This document shows, piece by piece, positions 37,844 to 46,651 of a stretch of DNA of 46,651 nucleotides. Below the pieces are notes generated by a model that was not told the DNA's origin, made no database searches, and was given only the letters and a program-made list of their open reading frames with translations. The DNA lies in contig MNUO01000108.1 of assembly GCA_001871015.1 (NCBI GenBank), positions 1 to 46,651 of the forward strand, written 5' to 3'. A program made the translations under genes and the position numbers. This stretch comes from Candidatus Desantisbacteria bacterium CG1_02_38_46. GTDB taxonomy: Bacteria; Desantisbacteria; UBA1551; UBA1559. Every line of letters starts with the position of its first letter. Positions within the stretch are counted from its first letter, which is position 1.

Positions 37844-39622
37844 ATGAATATGAGAAAAAGTAAAGATTTGTGGGACATAACCGATAAGCCGTCTACTAGA
37901 ACAAAACTTAAAATATTGAGAAAGTGTTTTGATATATGGCTTACAATTTGGAATAAGCAAGGCTGGATAGACAATGAATGGTATATTATGGATCTTTTTG
38001 CAGGAAGAGGTAAATATTCTAGTGACAAGGACACAGTAAGTGGTTCTCCGCTTATTTTTCTTGAAACAATTGCCAGTAAGAAAAAGGATTTGGAAAAGAA
38101 AAATCGTAAGATAAATCTTTTTCTTGTTGAACAAAAGAAAAGAAATTACAAATATCTTAAAAATAACATTGATGGGTTTATGGCGAGCAACAAAGGTTTA
38201 GAAAATGTTGTTGCGATAATAGACTTTAAGAACGATTGTAATAAAATCATAAATAAAATTATAGATTCAATAGAAAATACAAACAAGCACCCTCTTTTTG
38301 TTTTAATAGATCCCTCAGGTATACAGATAAAAGAATCTACAATGGAAATGATTGTGAATTTGAAAAATCCAAAAGAGATATTGTTGAATTATATGTTAGA
38401 AGGAGTTAGAAGGACTAGCGGAATATTGAAGAAGGGACATCGTGGCGAAACTTTAACTATAAAAGAATTAAAAACAGTAGAAACCTTAAAAGCATTTATT
38501 GGTAAGAATGTTAATATAATTAATGTAAGTGACAGGAAAATTTTAGAAGATTATGTAAGCATATTCACTTCACAAGGATTAAAAGTAATTGGATATGATA
38601 TGAAATATCCAGATAGAGATGACATATTATATTACCTTTTATTTGCCTCCAGAAAATTATCAATTACGAACATCGTAAAAGACATCTATGGCAGCCAAAA
38701 AGAAGAAGACCTAGGTTCCACTCTGTTTGGTGGGAAAGATTTTTATAAAAAGGAGATTTTTAGCTTAAATTCAGGATTAGGAAAAACAGAAAGAAAATCT
38801 CTTTTATATAGAACTAAAGTAGAATATGGGAATTGGACAATTAATCACGTTACTGGATGTATGCATGGATGCAAATTTCCTTGCTATGCTATGATGATGG
38901 CAAAAAAATTTGGATGGATTAAAAATTATGAAGACTGGAGAAGTCCCAAAATTGCCACAAATGCATTGGAAATTCTGGAAAAAGAGATTCCTAAATATAA
39001 AGATGAAATTGATTTTGTTCATCTTTGTTTTATGTCTGATCCGTTTATGTACAACTCTGAAAAAGAGGATTTAATTCCCGAGATAAAAAGTTTAACTTTA
39101 AATATAATTGAGAGATTAAATGCAGAGGGAATAAAAGTGACTACCTTAACAAAAGGGATTTATCCTGATGAAATTTTAGATACCAGAAAGTTTTTGCAGT
39201 TCAACGAGTACGGTATAACTTTAGTTTCTCTAAACAAAGATTTTAAAAAGGATTTTGAGCCATTTTCAGCACCTTATGAAAAAAGAATAGAGTCTTTACA
39301 AAAATTAGCTAAAAAAGGATTAAACACTTGGGTAAGTATGGAACCTTATCCTACCCCAGAACTGGATAATACATCAGCAAATATTGAAAAAATCTTACAG
39401 GGCATTTCATTCGTTAAGAAAATAATATTTGGCAAATTAAATTATCACAGAATTGCTTATTGTAACGGCAATAGTGTCCACATATGGAAAAATAATGAAG
39501 ATTTTTATAAAGAAATGGCTAAAAGAGTAATAGATTTTTGTAGTAAGAATGACATAAAGTATCACATTAAATTTGGCACACCGTTAAGTAAAAGAAATAC
39601 AATAAATATTTTTAAGAAGTGA
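37844..39622 (+). CDS. Fusion of a TcmP-like (three-Cys-motif partner) domain and a radical-SAM-like domain
   Basis: N-half: TKLKIL, MDLFAGRG, GSPL, LIDPSG, YYLLFASR; C-half: NHVTGCMHGCKFPCYA, CFMSDPF, TWVSMEPYP. Confidence 0.8.
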   Translation: MNMRKSKDLWDITDKPSTRTKLKILRKCFDIWLTIWNKQGWIDNEWYIMDLFAGRGKYSSDKDTVSGSPLIFLETIASKKKDLEKKNRKINLFLVEQKKRNYKYLKNNIDGFMASNKGLENVVAIIDFKNDCNKIINKIIDSIENTNKHPLFVLIDPSGIQIKESTMEMIVNLKNPKEILLNYMLEGVRRTSGILKKGHRGETLTIKELKTVETLKAFIGKNVNIINVSDRKILEDYVSIFTSQGLKVIGYDMKYPDRDDILYYLLFASRKLSITNIVKDIYGSQKEEDLGSTLFGGKDFYKKEIFSLNSGLGKTERKSLLYRTKVEYGNWTINHVTGCMHGCKFPCYAMMMAKKFGWIKNYEDWRSPKIATNALEILEKEIPKYKDEIDFVHLCFMSDPFMYNSEKEDLIPEIKSLTLNIIERLNAEGIKVTTLTKGIYPDEILDTRKFLQFNEYGITLVSLNKDFKKDFEPFSAPYEKRIESLQKLAKKGLNTWVSMEPYPTPELDNTSANIEKILQGISFVKKIIFGKLNYHRIAYCNGNSVHIWKNNEDFYKEMAKRVIDFCSKNDIKYHIKFGTPLSKRNTINIFKK

Positions 39623-39723
39623 GGCAACATAACATAATCGAACGTAGCAAGAGATTTTGAAAGAATTATTCATGAAAATGCAGATAAGATATTAAGTTAA
39701 TCCGTAGAAAAAGGAGTGATAGA

Positions 39724-40302
39724 ATGCAAAATCTTTTTAATGAATTAAAGACTCTTTTGGAAAAAGACAATAGATTGGTAATCGAAGGCAAACTTTTAAA
39801 AAACAAAGTTATTGAACTGGCACTGAAATTAGATTCAGAATTGTTGAAACTACTTCTTAAGAATGAAAGTATAAAGAAACATTTCTTTCAGGAAGTCGAG
39901 GGAGCACTTGTTTTTGATAAAATAAAATTCCAAAAATTTGTCAGCAATAAGGCATTTTTACCTGATAGTTATACTTCGTTTAAAAATAAAATAGGACTTG
40001 TAACTGAAAATGAAGAATATCTCTCTGAAAGTAAAGAGGTTGTTTTAACCTGGCCATATAAGGACTGTGTGCTTGAAGGTGGTATGGAAAAAGAGGACGA
40101 GAAACGAGCTGAAATATTTTACAATGAAATACTTGCTCCAGATGAAATTGACCGCTTACTTGAACCGAAAGTTTTAACTAACTTCAAAAGAATAGATAAA
40201 GACGGAGAACATAAAGTAAAAGAAAAAATTATTTTTCTGGATTTCTTGCGTATGGTTCTGCGTTATTCCTTTTGTGCTTTTTGCAGAAGAGGTTCATCTT
40301 AA
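39724..40302 (+). pseudogene. N-terminal fragment of a type III R-M Mod methyltransferase
   Basis: LLKNKVIELAL, FLPDSYTSFKNKIGL, WPYKDCVLEGG, EIFYNEILAPDEIDRLLEPK; similarity ends near 40220, with no DPPY or FxGxG motif. Confidence 0.8.
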
Positions 40303-40915
40303 AGATGGTAAAATAATCCCTGGAACCATTGTGTCTTCTGACACTGATTCAGTTAATCTGAAGACAGAGTATGGGGAAATTCGGATAGAACGAAAAGATA
40401 TAAATAAAGTGGAATACGCAAAGCCAATCGAAAGAAAAAAATTAAGAAAATTTGCAGTTGGGTTTGAAATGAACCCCTATTCTTATTACACTTCTGCAAT
40501 ACCCTTATGGGCGTTCGGCATTTCTTATTTACCTTCACCTAAAGTTGCAATTCAGGCAATGGGAAGTTATTTTTCCTTGTGGGGTAGGAGTGTTTCAAGC
40601 ATCTACTTTTTTTATGGATATCCAATTAAAGTGGCAGAAAATCCAGAGATTAGCTTATTCATTAACGCCGGATGTGCTTATCAACATGCCCATTATGAAG
40701 CAACTTATTACTCATCTTCTTATGATTATGATGCCTGGTCTGCCTTAGTAGGCCTTACCCTCGAGTCCCACCCTCTTTCTTATTTGCCTAATTTTGGATA
40801 TTCGGTCCGGGGCGGAATTAGTTATTCTTGGTTTCCCAACCTGACTTCTTATTCATACGCTGGAAATGCTATGTGGTACTATTTGAGCGCAGGTCTTTTT
40901 TATTATTTGTTCTAA
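40220..40915 (+). CDS. Probable outer-membrane beta-barrel protein that has lost its start codon
   Basis: Frame reads KKKLFFWISCVWFCVIPFVLFA-EE (signal peptide) directly after an in-frame TAA; aromatic-rich; ends YYLF; ORF track starts it at 40274. Confidence 0.6.
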   Translation, partial: KKKLFFWISCVWFCVIPFVLFAEEVHLKDGKIIPGTIVSSDTDSVNLKTEYGEIRIERKDINKVEYAKPIERKKLRKFAVGFEMNPYSYYTSAIPLWAFGISYLPSPKVAIQAMGSYFSLWGRSVSSIYFFYGYPIKVAENPEISLFINAGCAYQHAHYEATYYSSSYDYDAWSALVGLTLESHPLSYLPNFGYSVRGGISYSWFPNLTSYSYAGNAMWYYLSAGLFYYLF

Positions 40916-41021
40916 GAATACAGCATAGAAAAATAAATACTACCAAAATTAATGATACAATAACACAATTGGGCTATAGACCTTTTTCCTAAAGGGAATA
41001 AATGGTTTATATAGATTCGGC

Positions 41022-41086
41022 TTGACAGACAAAGATTTTTATGGTATAATGTCTATAAAATCAGACAATTGTCTATAAAATAAGAC
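41022..41086 (+). promoter_or_regulatory. Sigma70 promoter with tandem palindromic operators
   Basis: TTGACA-N17-TATAAT (TG-extended), followed by gtctataaaatcagac and gtctataaaataagac at 20-bp spacing. Confidence 0.75.
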
Positions 41087-41097
41087 AAAGGAGAAAA

Positions 41098-41715
41098 ATG
41101 GAGTATCAGAAAGTTTTAGATAAAATTCTTGGTCAAAAAACAAAAGTAAAGATTCTTCGTTACATGATAAGTTCTCATAATGAGCAAAGTGGCCGCCAGA
41201 TTGCGCAGGAGTCTGGAGTAAACCACGAACAGTGTCATCGTGTCTTGCAGGAACTCTATCGGGAAGGATTATTGAACATGCACCATGCTGGCAATGCATA
41301 CTTGTTCAGTCTGCGAAAGGAACACTACATAGTTAATAAGGCAATTATTCCCCTCTTTCAAACAGAATTAAGATTGCTACAGACTTTAATTGAAGAAATC
41401 AAACACATTAAAAATGCCAAAATTTCTTCCCTGGTACTTTTTGGCAGTATTGCCAAGGGGAAGGGGCGACCCCATAGCGACATTGATGTTCTGGTAGTGG
41501 TCAGAAACAAAGTGAATAAAGAAAAAATATCTGATGAGATTCACAGGAAAAATGATTATTTTCTCTCGCGCTATGGAAATGCTCTATCACCCTACGTAGT
41601 CAGCGAAGAGGAATTTATAAGACGATATAAAAAGGGAGACAAACTTATCAAGGAAATTGTCAGGTGTGGAAAAGTTGTTTCTGGTAAAACACCGGGAGAA
41701 CTTATTACAAAATGA
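41098..41715 (+). CDS. wHTH-fused nucleotidyltransferase (MNT antitoxin)
   Basis: SGRQIAQESGV HTH; VLFGSIAKG..SDIDVLVV. Confidence 0.88.
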   Translation: MEYQKVLDKILGQKTKVKILRYMISSHNEQSGRQIAQESGVNHEQCHRVLQELYREGLLNMHHAGNAYLFSLRKEHYIVNKAIIPLFQTELRLLQTLIEEIKHIKNAKISSLVLFGSIAKGKGRPHSDIDVLVVVRNKVNKEKISDEIHRKNDYFLSRYGNALSPYVVSEEEFIRRYKKGDKLIKEIVRCGKVVSGKTPGELITK

Positions 41716-42128
41716 ATCCCAAAAAGATACCTTTCCAAAAAATTGAACATTCAAGATTTGCCATTTATCTAAAGAAAGCGAAAGATTTTTATCAATCAAT
41801 GCTGAGGGCATACAGCGATAACAATTGGCATTCCGTTGGGTTAGAGGCAGTCCATTGCGCTATTTCGGCTACTGATGCTCTTTTGGTTTATCGGGCAGGG
41901 ATAAGGTGCACAAGTCAGAGACATCTTGATATAGTTGATGTTTTAGTTGACCAGATAAAGACAGAAAAGTCCCAAGAAAATATCAGAACTCTGATTAAAA
42001 TTTTAGAAATGAAAAACTTAGTTGAATATGAAGATAGATTGTTCACTCAAAAAGAGGCATCCGAAATACTCAAGCGCACAGAAAGATACTTTAGCTGGGT
42101 AAAAAATCAATTGCCATCGGATGTTTGA
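41712..42128 (+). CDS. HEPN-domain protein (putative toxin)
   Basis: YLKKAKDF, AVHCAISATDA, H, KNLVEY pattern; coupled to the MNT gene. Confidence 0.82.
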   Translation: MNPKKIPFQKIEHSRFAIYLKKAKDFYQSMLRAYSDNNWHSVGLEAVHCAISATDALLVYRAGIRCTSQRHLDIVDVLVDQIKTEKSQENIRTLIKILEMKNLVEYEDRLFTQKEASEILKRTERYFSWVKNQLPSDV

Positions 42129-42348
42129 ATTTGTGCGCTTGTAAGAACCCTCCGATTAGCATCGGAGGAACCTTGTTGTTCGGGAGTAGCGTCGGTAAAA
42201 TGTCACAATATGCTTCCCCCCTGCTTTTTTTCAAAAGCAAGACGGGGGGACGAGCAGTAACCTTCGCTCCAGGATAGTATGTATTAATAGAATTTGTTTT
42301 TTTGTGTTAAACTTTGACACTCTGATACTTTGACACTGTTTTTATTGT

Positions 42349-42390
42349 GCGCCTGTAGCTCAGGAGGATAGAGCAGCGGTTTCCTAAACC
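42349..42390 (+). tRNA. 5' half of tRNA-Arg(CCT), truncated; att-like fragment 2
   Basis: Identical to 37609-37650 except for one base; truncated at the same point. Confidence 0.85.
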
Positions 42391-42653
42391 TGTATTCACA
42401 ATTAAAATAAGTCTAGCCAAATCAATTGTTTTTGAGTTCTGCCAGCGAAGGTCGGTTTTTACGGAGTTTCATTTTTGCAACCACATTAACCCAGACATGG
42501 AGAGCAAGTGAGGTAAATATTATGATAGCAGAAATAGGTTTTCGTGGTGAATAATATGAGCCTACTCGGAAGGAAGTAGACTTTTTATTTTTGGATTAAA
42601 ATCAACTTAAAAAGTGTTATAACAAATAGGGATAGGTCATATAGGAATAATTT

Positions 42654-44708
42654 ATGAAAAAATTTGTGATGCTTACATTATTAATTTCTACTTTGATTCC
42701 CTCGTTAAGTTTTTGTATGCTTGGAAATGATGAAATAAAAACATATATTCGAAATCTTAAATTTGGGACTCCTGATGATAAAAAGGATGCTGCTTATAGA
42801 TTAGGTAATAGTGGTGATACAATGGTAGTGCCTTTTCTAGTTGAAGCATTAAAAGATGAAAACGCTGACGTAAGAGCTTGGGTTGCAATGGCACTGGGTT
42901 ATGCAGAGGATAGATCCGCAGTTCCTGCTCTTGTAGAAGCATTAAAAGATAATGAGGTGGGCGTTCGAGTAAGTGTGGCCATGGCGCTTGGTGAAATAAA
43001 AGACCCGCAAGCAGTTGAACCTCTTATAGCGGCTTTGAAGGATAAAAATGAAAGAGTTAGGCAAAATGCAGCAGCAGCACTTGGTCAAATAAAAGACAAA
43101 AGGGCAGTAAAACCCTTGATGGAAGCTTTAAAGGATAGTGATCCAACGGTAAGGGAATTTGCTGCGGGATCTTTAGGATACATAAAAGACACTGCAGCTG
43201 TTGAAGCCATAGTAGATATTATCAACAGTGATATTAATGACCGTGTCCGGTGGATTGCTTCAGAGGCTTTGGGAAATTTAAAAGATTCTAGAGCCGTGAA
43301 ATCTTTAATTATAGCTTTAAATGATAAGAACTCGAGTGTTCGAACGGGGGCGGCCTATGCTCTTGGCGAGATAAAAGACCCTCAAGCAGTAGCACCTCTT
43401 ATTAAAGCATTAAATAATCCAGATTGTCGAGCAGAGGCAGCAAGAGCTCTTGGAAAGATAGGAGATGTTGAAGCAGTGGAGCCTCTCATTACTTTTTTAA
43501 AAGATGAAAACCGTTATGTCCGGCAGTTTACAGCAGAGGCTTTAGGAAAAATAGGAGATAATCGAGCTATAGAATTCCTTATTGGAGCTTTGGATGATAC
43601 AGATTGGGAGGTTCGTGAAAACGTAGTGTGTGCTTTAGGGAAGATAGAAGACCCTAAAATTATAAAACCTTTAATTGCTGCTTTAAAAGATGAAGACAAT
43701 CGTGTTCGCGAGAAGATAATTGCTGTGTTAATAGAAATGAAAGAACAGCCCGTAAAATCCTTAATTGCATCTTCAAAAGATAAAAATTGCAATGTAAGAG
43801 AAGGGGTGATTAAAATTCTGGGAGAAATAAAAGAAACACAAACTTTAGAATATCTGATTGAGGCTTCAAAAGACAAAGATTGGAATGTTCAATATTCAGC
43901 CGTACAAGGTTTAACTAAAATGGGAAAATTGGCAGTTAAACCCCTGATTGCTTTACTGGAGGACAAGAAATTAGATTCCGAAATAAAAAGATTCGTGATT
44001 AGCGGTTTAGGTGAAATAGGAGGTAATGAAATTACAAAATACCTTATCGCTACTTTGAAAGATAGAAATCCTGCTATTAGGGCTGGTGCGGGATATACTC
44101 TTGGCAGAATGAAAGAAACAAAAGCGATAAAATCCTTGATCGCTCTTTTAAAAGATAATACAGTGTTTGAGCATGAAGAAGGCAAAACTGTTGGTATGAT
44201 GGCTTCAGAGGCATTAGCAGAAATAGGTAAAGAAGCTATCAAACCGCTTGTTTCCTGTCTTCATGATACAAACCCATTAATAAGAGCTGGAGCTGTTTAC
44301 GCTTTTGGAGAAATAGGTGATACTCAATTTATAGATTCGCTTATTGAAGCATTAAAAGATAAAGATGAAAGAGTTAGAATCAACGCAGTAAGAGCTCTTG
44401 ATAACATGCATGATATAAGAGCATCTGAACCATTAACTAAAGTTTTGAACGATAAAAGCTCTGAGGTTAGATGGCAGGCAGCATCTATTCTGGGAGATTT
44501 AAAATATAAGGGAGCCATTAATTCATTATTAAAACTTGCTTCTGAAGACGAAGATCAATTTGTACGTTGGACTTCGGTAATTGCTCTAAAATATATTGGA
44601 GATCCCAAGGTGTTGCCGTATCTTAAAAATTTATTAACAAAAGAGAAAGACGAAGAAGTAAAAGAAGAACTTCAGCAAGCGATAGAAGATTTGTCTGAGC
44701 AGCAATAG
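42654..44708 (+). CDS. Exported HEAT/PBS-lyase repeat protein
   Basis: Signal-peptide-like N-terminus; many ~31-aa repeats (AVEPLIAALKD..VR..AA.ALG.I). Confidence 0.92.
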   Translation: MKKFVMLTLLISTLIPSLSFCMLGNDEIKTYIRNLKFGTPDDKKDAAYRLGNSGDTMVVPFLVEALKDENADVRAWVAMALGYAEDRSAVPALVEALKDNEVGVRVSVAMALGEIKDPQAVEPLIAALKDKNERVRQNAAAALGQIKDKRAVKPLMEALKDSDPTVREFAAGSLGYIKDTAAVEAIVDIINSDINDRVRWIASEALGNLKDSRAVKSLIIALNDKNSSVRTGAAYALGEIKDPQAVAPLIKALNNPDCRAEAARALGKIGDVEAVEPLITFLKDENRYVRQFTAEALGKIGDNRAIEFLIGALDDTDWEVRENVVCALGKIEDPKIIKPLIAALKDEDNRVREKIIAVLIEMKEQPVKSLIASSKDKNCNVREGVIKILGEIKETQTLEYLIEASKDKDWNVQYSAVQGLTKMGKLAVKPLIALLEDKKLDSEIKRFVISGLGEIGGNEITKYLIATLKDRNPAIRAGAGYTLGRMKETKAIKSLIALLKDNTVFEHEEGKTVGMMASEALAEIGKEAIKPLVSCLHDTNPLIRAGAVYAFGEIGDTQFIDSLIEALKDKDERVRINAVRALDNMHDIRASEPLTKVLNDKSSEVRWQAASILGDLKYKGAINSLLKLASEDEDQFVRWTSVIALKYIGDPKVLPYLKNLLTKEKDEEVKEELQQAIEDLSEQQ

Positions 44709-44866
44709 ATGAGATACGACAATTTACTTAACCTCCAAAACTAACCCAATCTTGAAAGTCTGACATCCACTTAAAAAGTGGTACAACAAATGGGGGTCAG
44801 GTCACCTACGCTAAAGCTTCGGCGGGCAGGCACGCGAGCAGGAGAAGGGATGGCAATCGTTAAAAA

Positions 44867-45189
44867 CAGGAAGTCCGTCCACCTTATTCTCGCTGTCCCG
44901 AGGAGAAAAATTTTACTAAAAAATGCAAACTCTAAAAGTTGACATTAGTCTTTTTCGGAAATCTACATTGTAATCTTATCTCCAGCCAGTAGATTGCTAA
45001 GGGTAGTAAAGTAGTATTACCACAAAAGTTGTTTAGGGGAATCCTTCTCGATAAAATAAGTTGCACTGTAAAATTTTGAGTTTTAGTTGTCTATTTTTTT
45101 CAAACGCCAGAAAGTCCTGAATTGAAAAGTACCAGGACACTATGTCAAGTTTTAAAATTTACATTAATGCTTAGAGGACGGACTTCCTG
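44867..45189. mobile_element. MITE-like element / internally deleted IS, 323 bp
   Basis: Perfect 14-bp terminal inverted repeats caggaagtccgtcc / ggacggacttcctg, plus an imperfect subterminal inverted repeat; no transposase. Confidence 0.72.
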
Positions 45190-45200
45190 AGAAAGGAAAG

Positions 45201-46651
45201 ATGATGAAAAAAATAAAATTTATTTTAGGTTTAGTAGTAATGGGAAGTTTAATTAGTGGAATTACTTTTGCAGGTATAACTAATTTCGCTTCTGTTGAAT
45301 ATATGAATTTAGCCGGAGAAGATACAACCACAAGCTTCTCTAATTTTGTAATTGCTTATTTTCAACCGGGGATAAGCAATGTAAGTGGAAACCCTCCTGA
45401 TTTTAAATTTAGCCCTAATAATGATGCAAACAAAGATACCTTAACAATTAATTTTACTATTGTTGATACTGATAGCATTGCGGAAACAATCGCTGTCTAT
45501 ATTTACGATAAAGTAATGAATCTTGTTAAGACCATCAAGTATGACACCGAAGTCCCACTCACGTATTGTCCAGAAACAGGTGAAACAAAAGTAGATTGTG
45601 TAGCAACCTGGAATGGGGACAGCGGTGGACTAATTGTTCCTTCGGATACTTATATTTATAAAATTGAAGTAAGAGATCCTGAGGGTTCGGAAGCGATTCC
45701 GAACACCGGAACAATTGTGCTCGATATAACACCGCCCTTTGGTGCACTCCTTATTAATAATGGCAATATCTATACAAATATTCTAAATGTAACCTTGAAT
45801 ATTTCTGCTTCTGATACTCATACTTTTCCAGAAAAGATGTTTTTAAGTTATGTTTCAGATTTTTCCACTGGCGGTACTCTCTCCTATTCTTTAACATATC
45901 CCTGGACATTGTTGGAGGAAGGAGTAAACACTGTTTATATTAAGTTTATTGATTATGTGGGAAATATTTCTGAAGGTTATTCTGATGCAATTATTTATGA
46001 TCCTAATTTTCCTACCGGTTCTGTTTCTATTAACAGTGATGCTACCTACACAGATACCACAGGTGTTGTTTTGTATTTTACAGCGATTAACACCCACACT
46101 GATTTTGATAGTGTGGTGGTGAGTAATACTTCTACTTTTGTTGCAGACCAAATTGAGACCCATACTTACAGCAATACTTTGCCTTGGGGATTGACTGGCG
46201 ATGGAGAAAAAATTGTTTATGTAAAATTTATTGATAAGGAAGGAAATATTTCTCTTACTGTCTACTCCAATTCCATCATTGTTGACCTTACTCCTCCTGA
46301 TACTGGTTTAATCTCTATTAATAATAAGGATACCTTTACTAATTCCAATACTGTTACTTTACAAATCTCTGCTGGTGACACTTTGTCCGGTGTTGCCAAG
46401 ATGGTCATTGATAATACCAGTGCTTTCAACTCTGACAAGGTTAATACTTATACCTTTAATAATACTACTTCTTATAATACCGAAGTGGCGCAATGGGTAT
46501 TAGAATCTGGAGACAATACCAAGACTGTTTATGTGAAATTTATTGATGCAGTAGGGAATGTTTCCTCTGTCTACTCTGATTCCATCATTGTTGACCTTAC
46601 TTCTCCTGATACTGGTTTAATCTCTATTAATAATAAGGATACCTTTACTAA
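45201..46651 (+). CDS. Large secreted/surface protein with FlgD-Ig-like domain and tandem Ig-like repeats (runs off the window; absent from the ORF track)
   Basis: Hand translation: MMKKIKFILGLVVMGSLISGITFA signal, FSPNND..TWNG, repeated DxTPP..I.IN..YTN..VTL.ISA.D units; AAAGGA RBS. Confidence 0.85.
   Translation, partial: MMKKIKFILGLVVMGSLISGITFAGITNFASVEYMNLAGEDTTTSFSNFVIAYFQPGISNVSGNPPDFKFSPNNDANKDTLTINFTIVDTDSIAETIAVYIYDKVMNLVKTIKYDTEVPLTYCPETGETKVDCVATWNGDSGGLIVPSDTYIYKIEVRDPEGSEAIPNTGTIVLDITPPFGALLINNGNIYTNILNVTLNISASDTHTFPEKMFLSYVSDFSTGGTLSYSLTYPWTLLEEGVNTVYIKFIDYVGNISEGYSDAIIYDPNFPTGSVSINSDATYTDTTGVVLYFTAINTHTDFDSVVVSNTSTFVADQIETHTYSNTLPWGLTGDGEKIVYVKFIDKEGNISLTVYSNSIIVDLTPPDTGLISINNKDTFTNSNTVTLQISAGDTLSGVAKMVIDNTSAFNSDKVNTYTFNNTTSYNTEVAQWVLESGDNTKTVYVKFIDAVGNVSSVYSDSIIVDLTSPDTGLISINNKDTFT

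Noticed and set aside
42134-42170. gtgcgcttgta...ggagga (and agagcaacggt at about 37444) as further tRNA-Arg fragments
   Set aside because: Matches are only about 11 bp and could be chance; no arm sequence follows.

Overview
AT-rich bacterial window, probably from a diderm anaerobe (TonB-dependent receptor, beta-barrel and lipoprotein genes, PPDK, NikR); the exact lineage cannot be assigned from sequence alone. Almost all genes are on the + strand. 1-23.4 kb is housekeeping (M50 protease, trpS, scpAB, thiL, tsaE, tsaB, ilvD, fmt, ilvBN, mscS, ppdK, MFS, patatin), interleaved with accessory genes (MNT-HEPN, type III Res remnant, Fic). It is heavily colonised by short palindromic REP-like repeats, many inserted in frame inside thiL, tsaB, fmt and trpS. 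23.5-34.2 kb is nikR, a NikR-box-like site and a structured leader, followed by a TonB receptor, a BtuFCD-like ABC transporter, a CobN-like subunit and a ChlI/D-like chelatase ATPase; this is a candidate nickel/metal-tetrapyrrole scavenging system. 34.7-36.6 kb is an apparently complete group II intron. From 37.6 kb there is an island region marked by two orphan 5' halves of tRNA-Arg(CCT), each followed by the same att-arm-like sequence. It carries a TcmP/radical-SAM fusion, a truncated type III Mod, a start-less beta-barrel gene, a second MNT-HEPN pair, a HEAT-repeat protein, a MITE-like element and the start of a large Ig-repeat surface protein.
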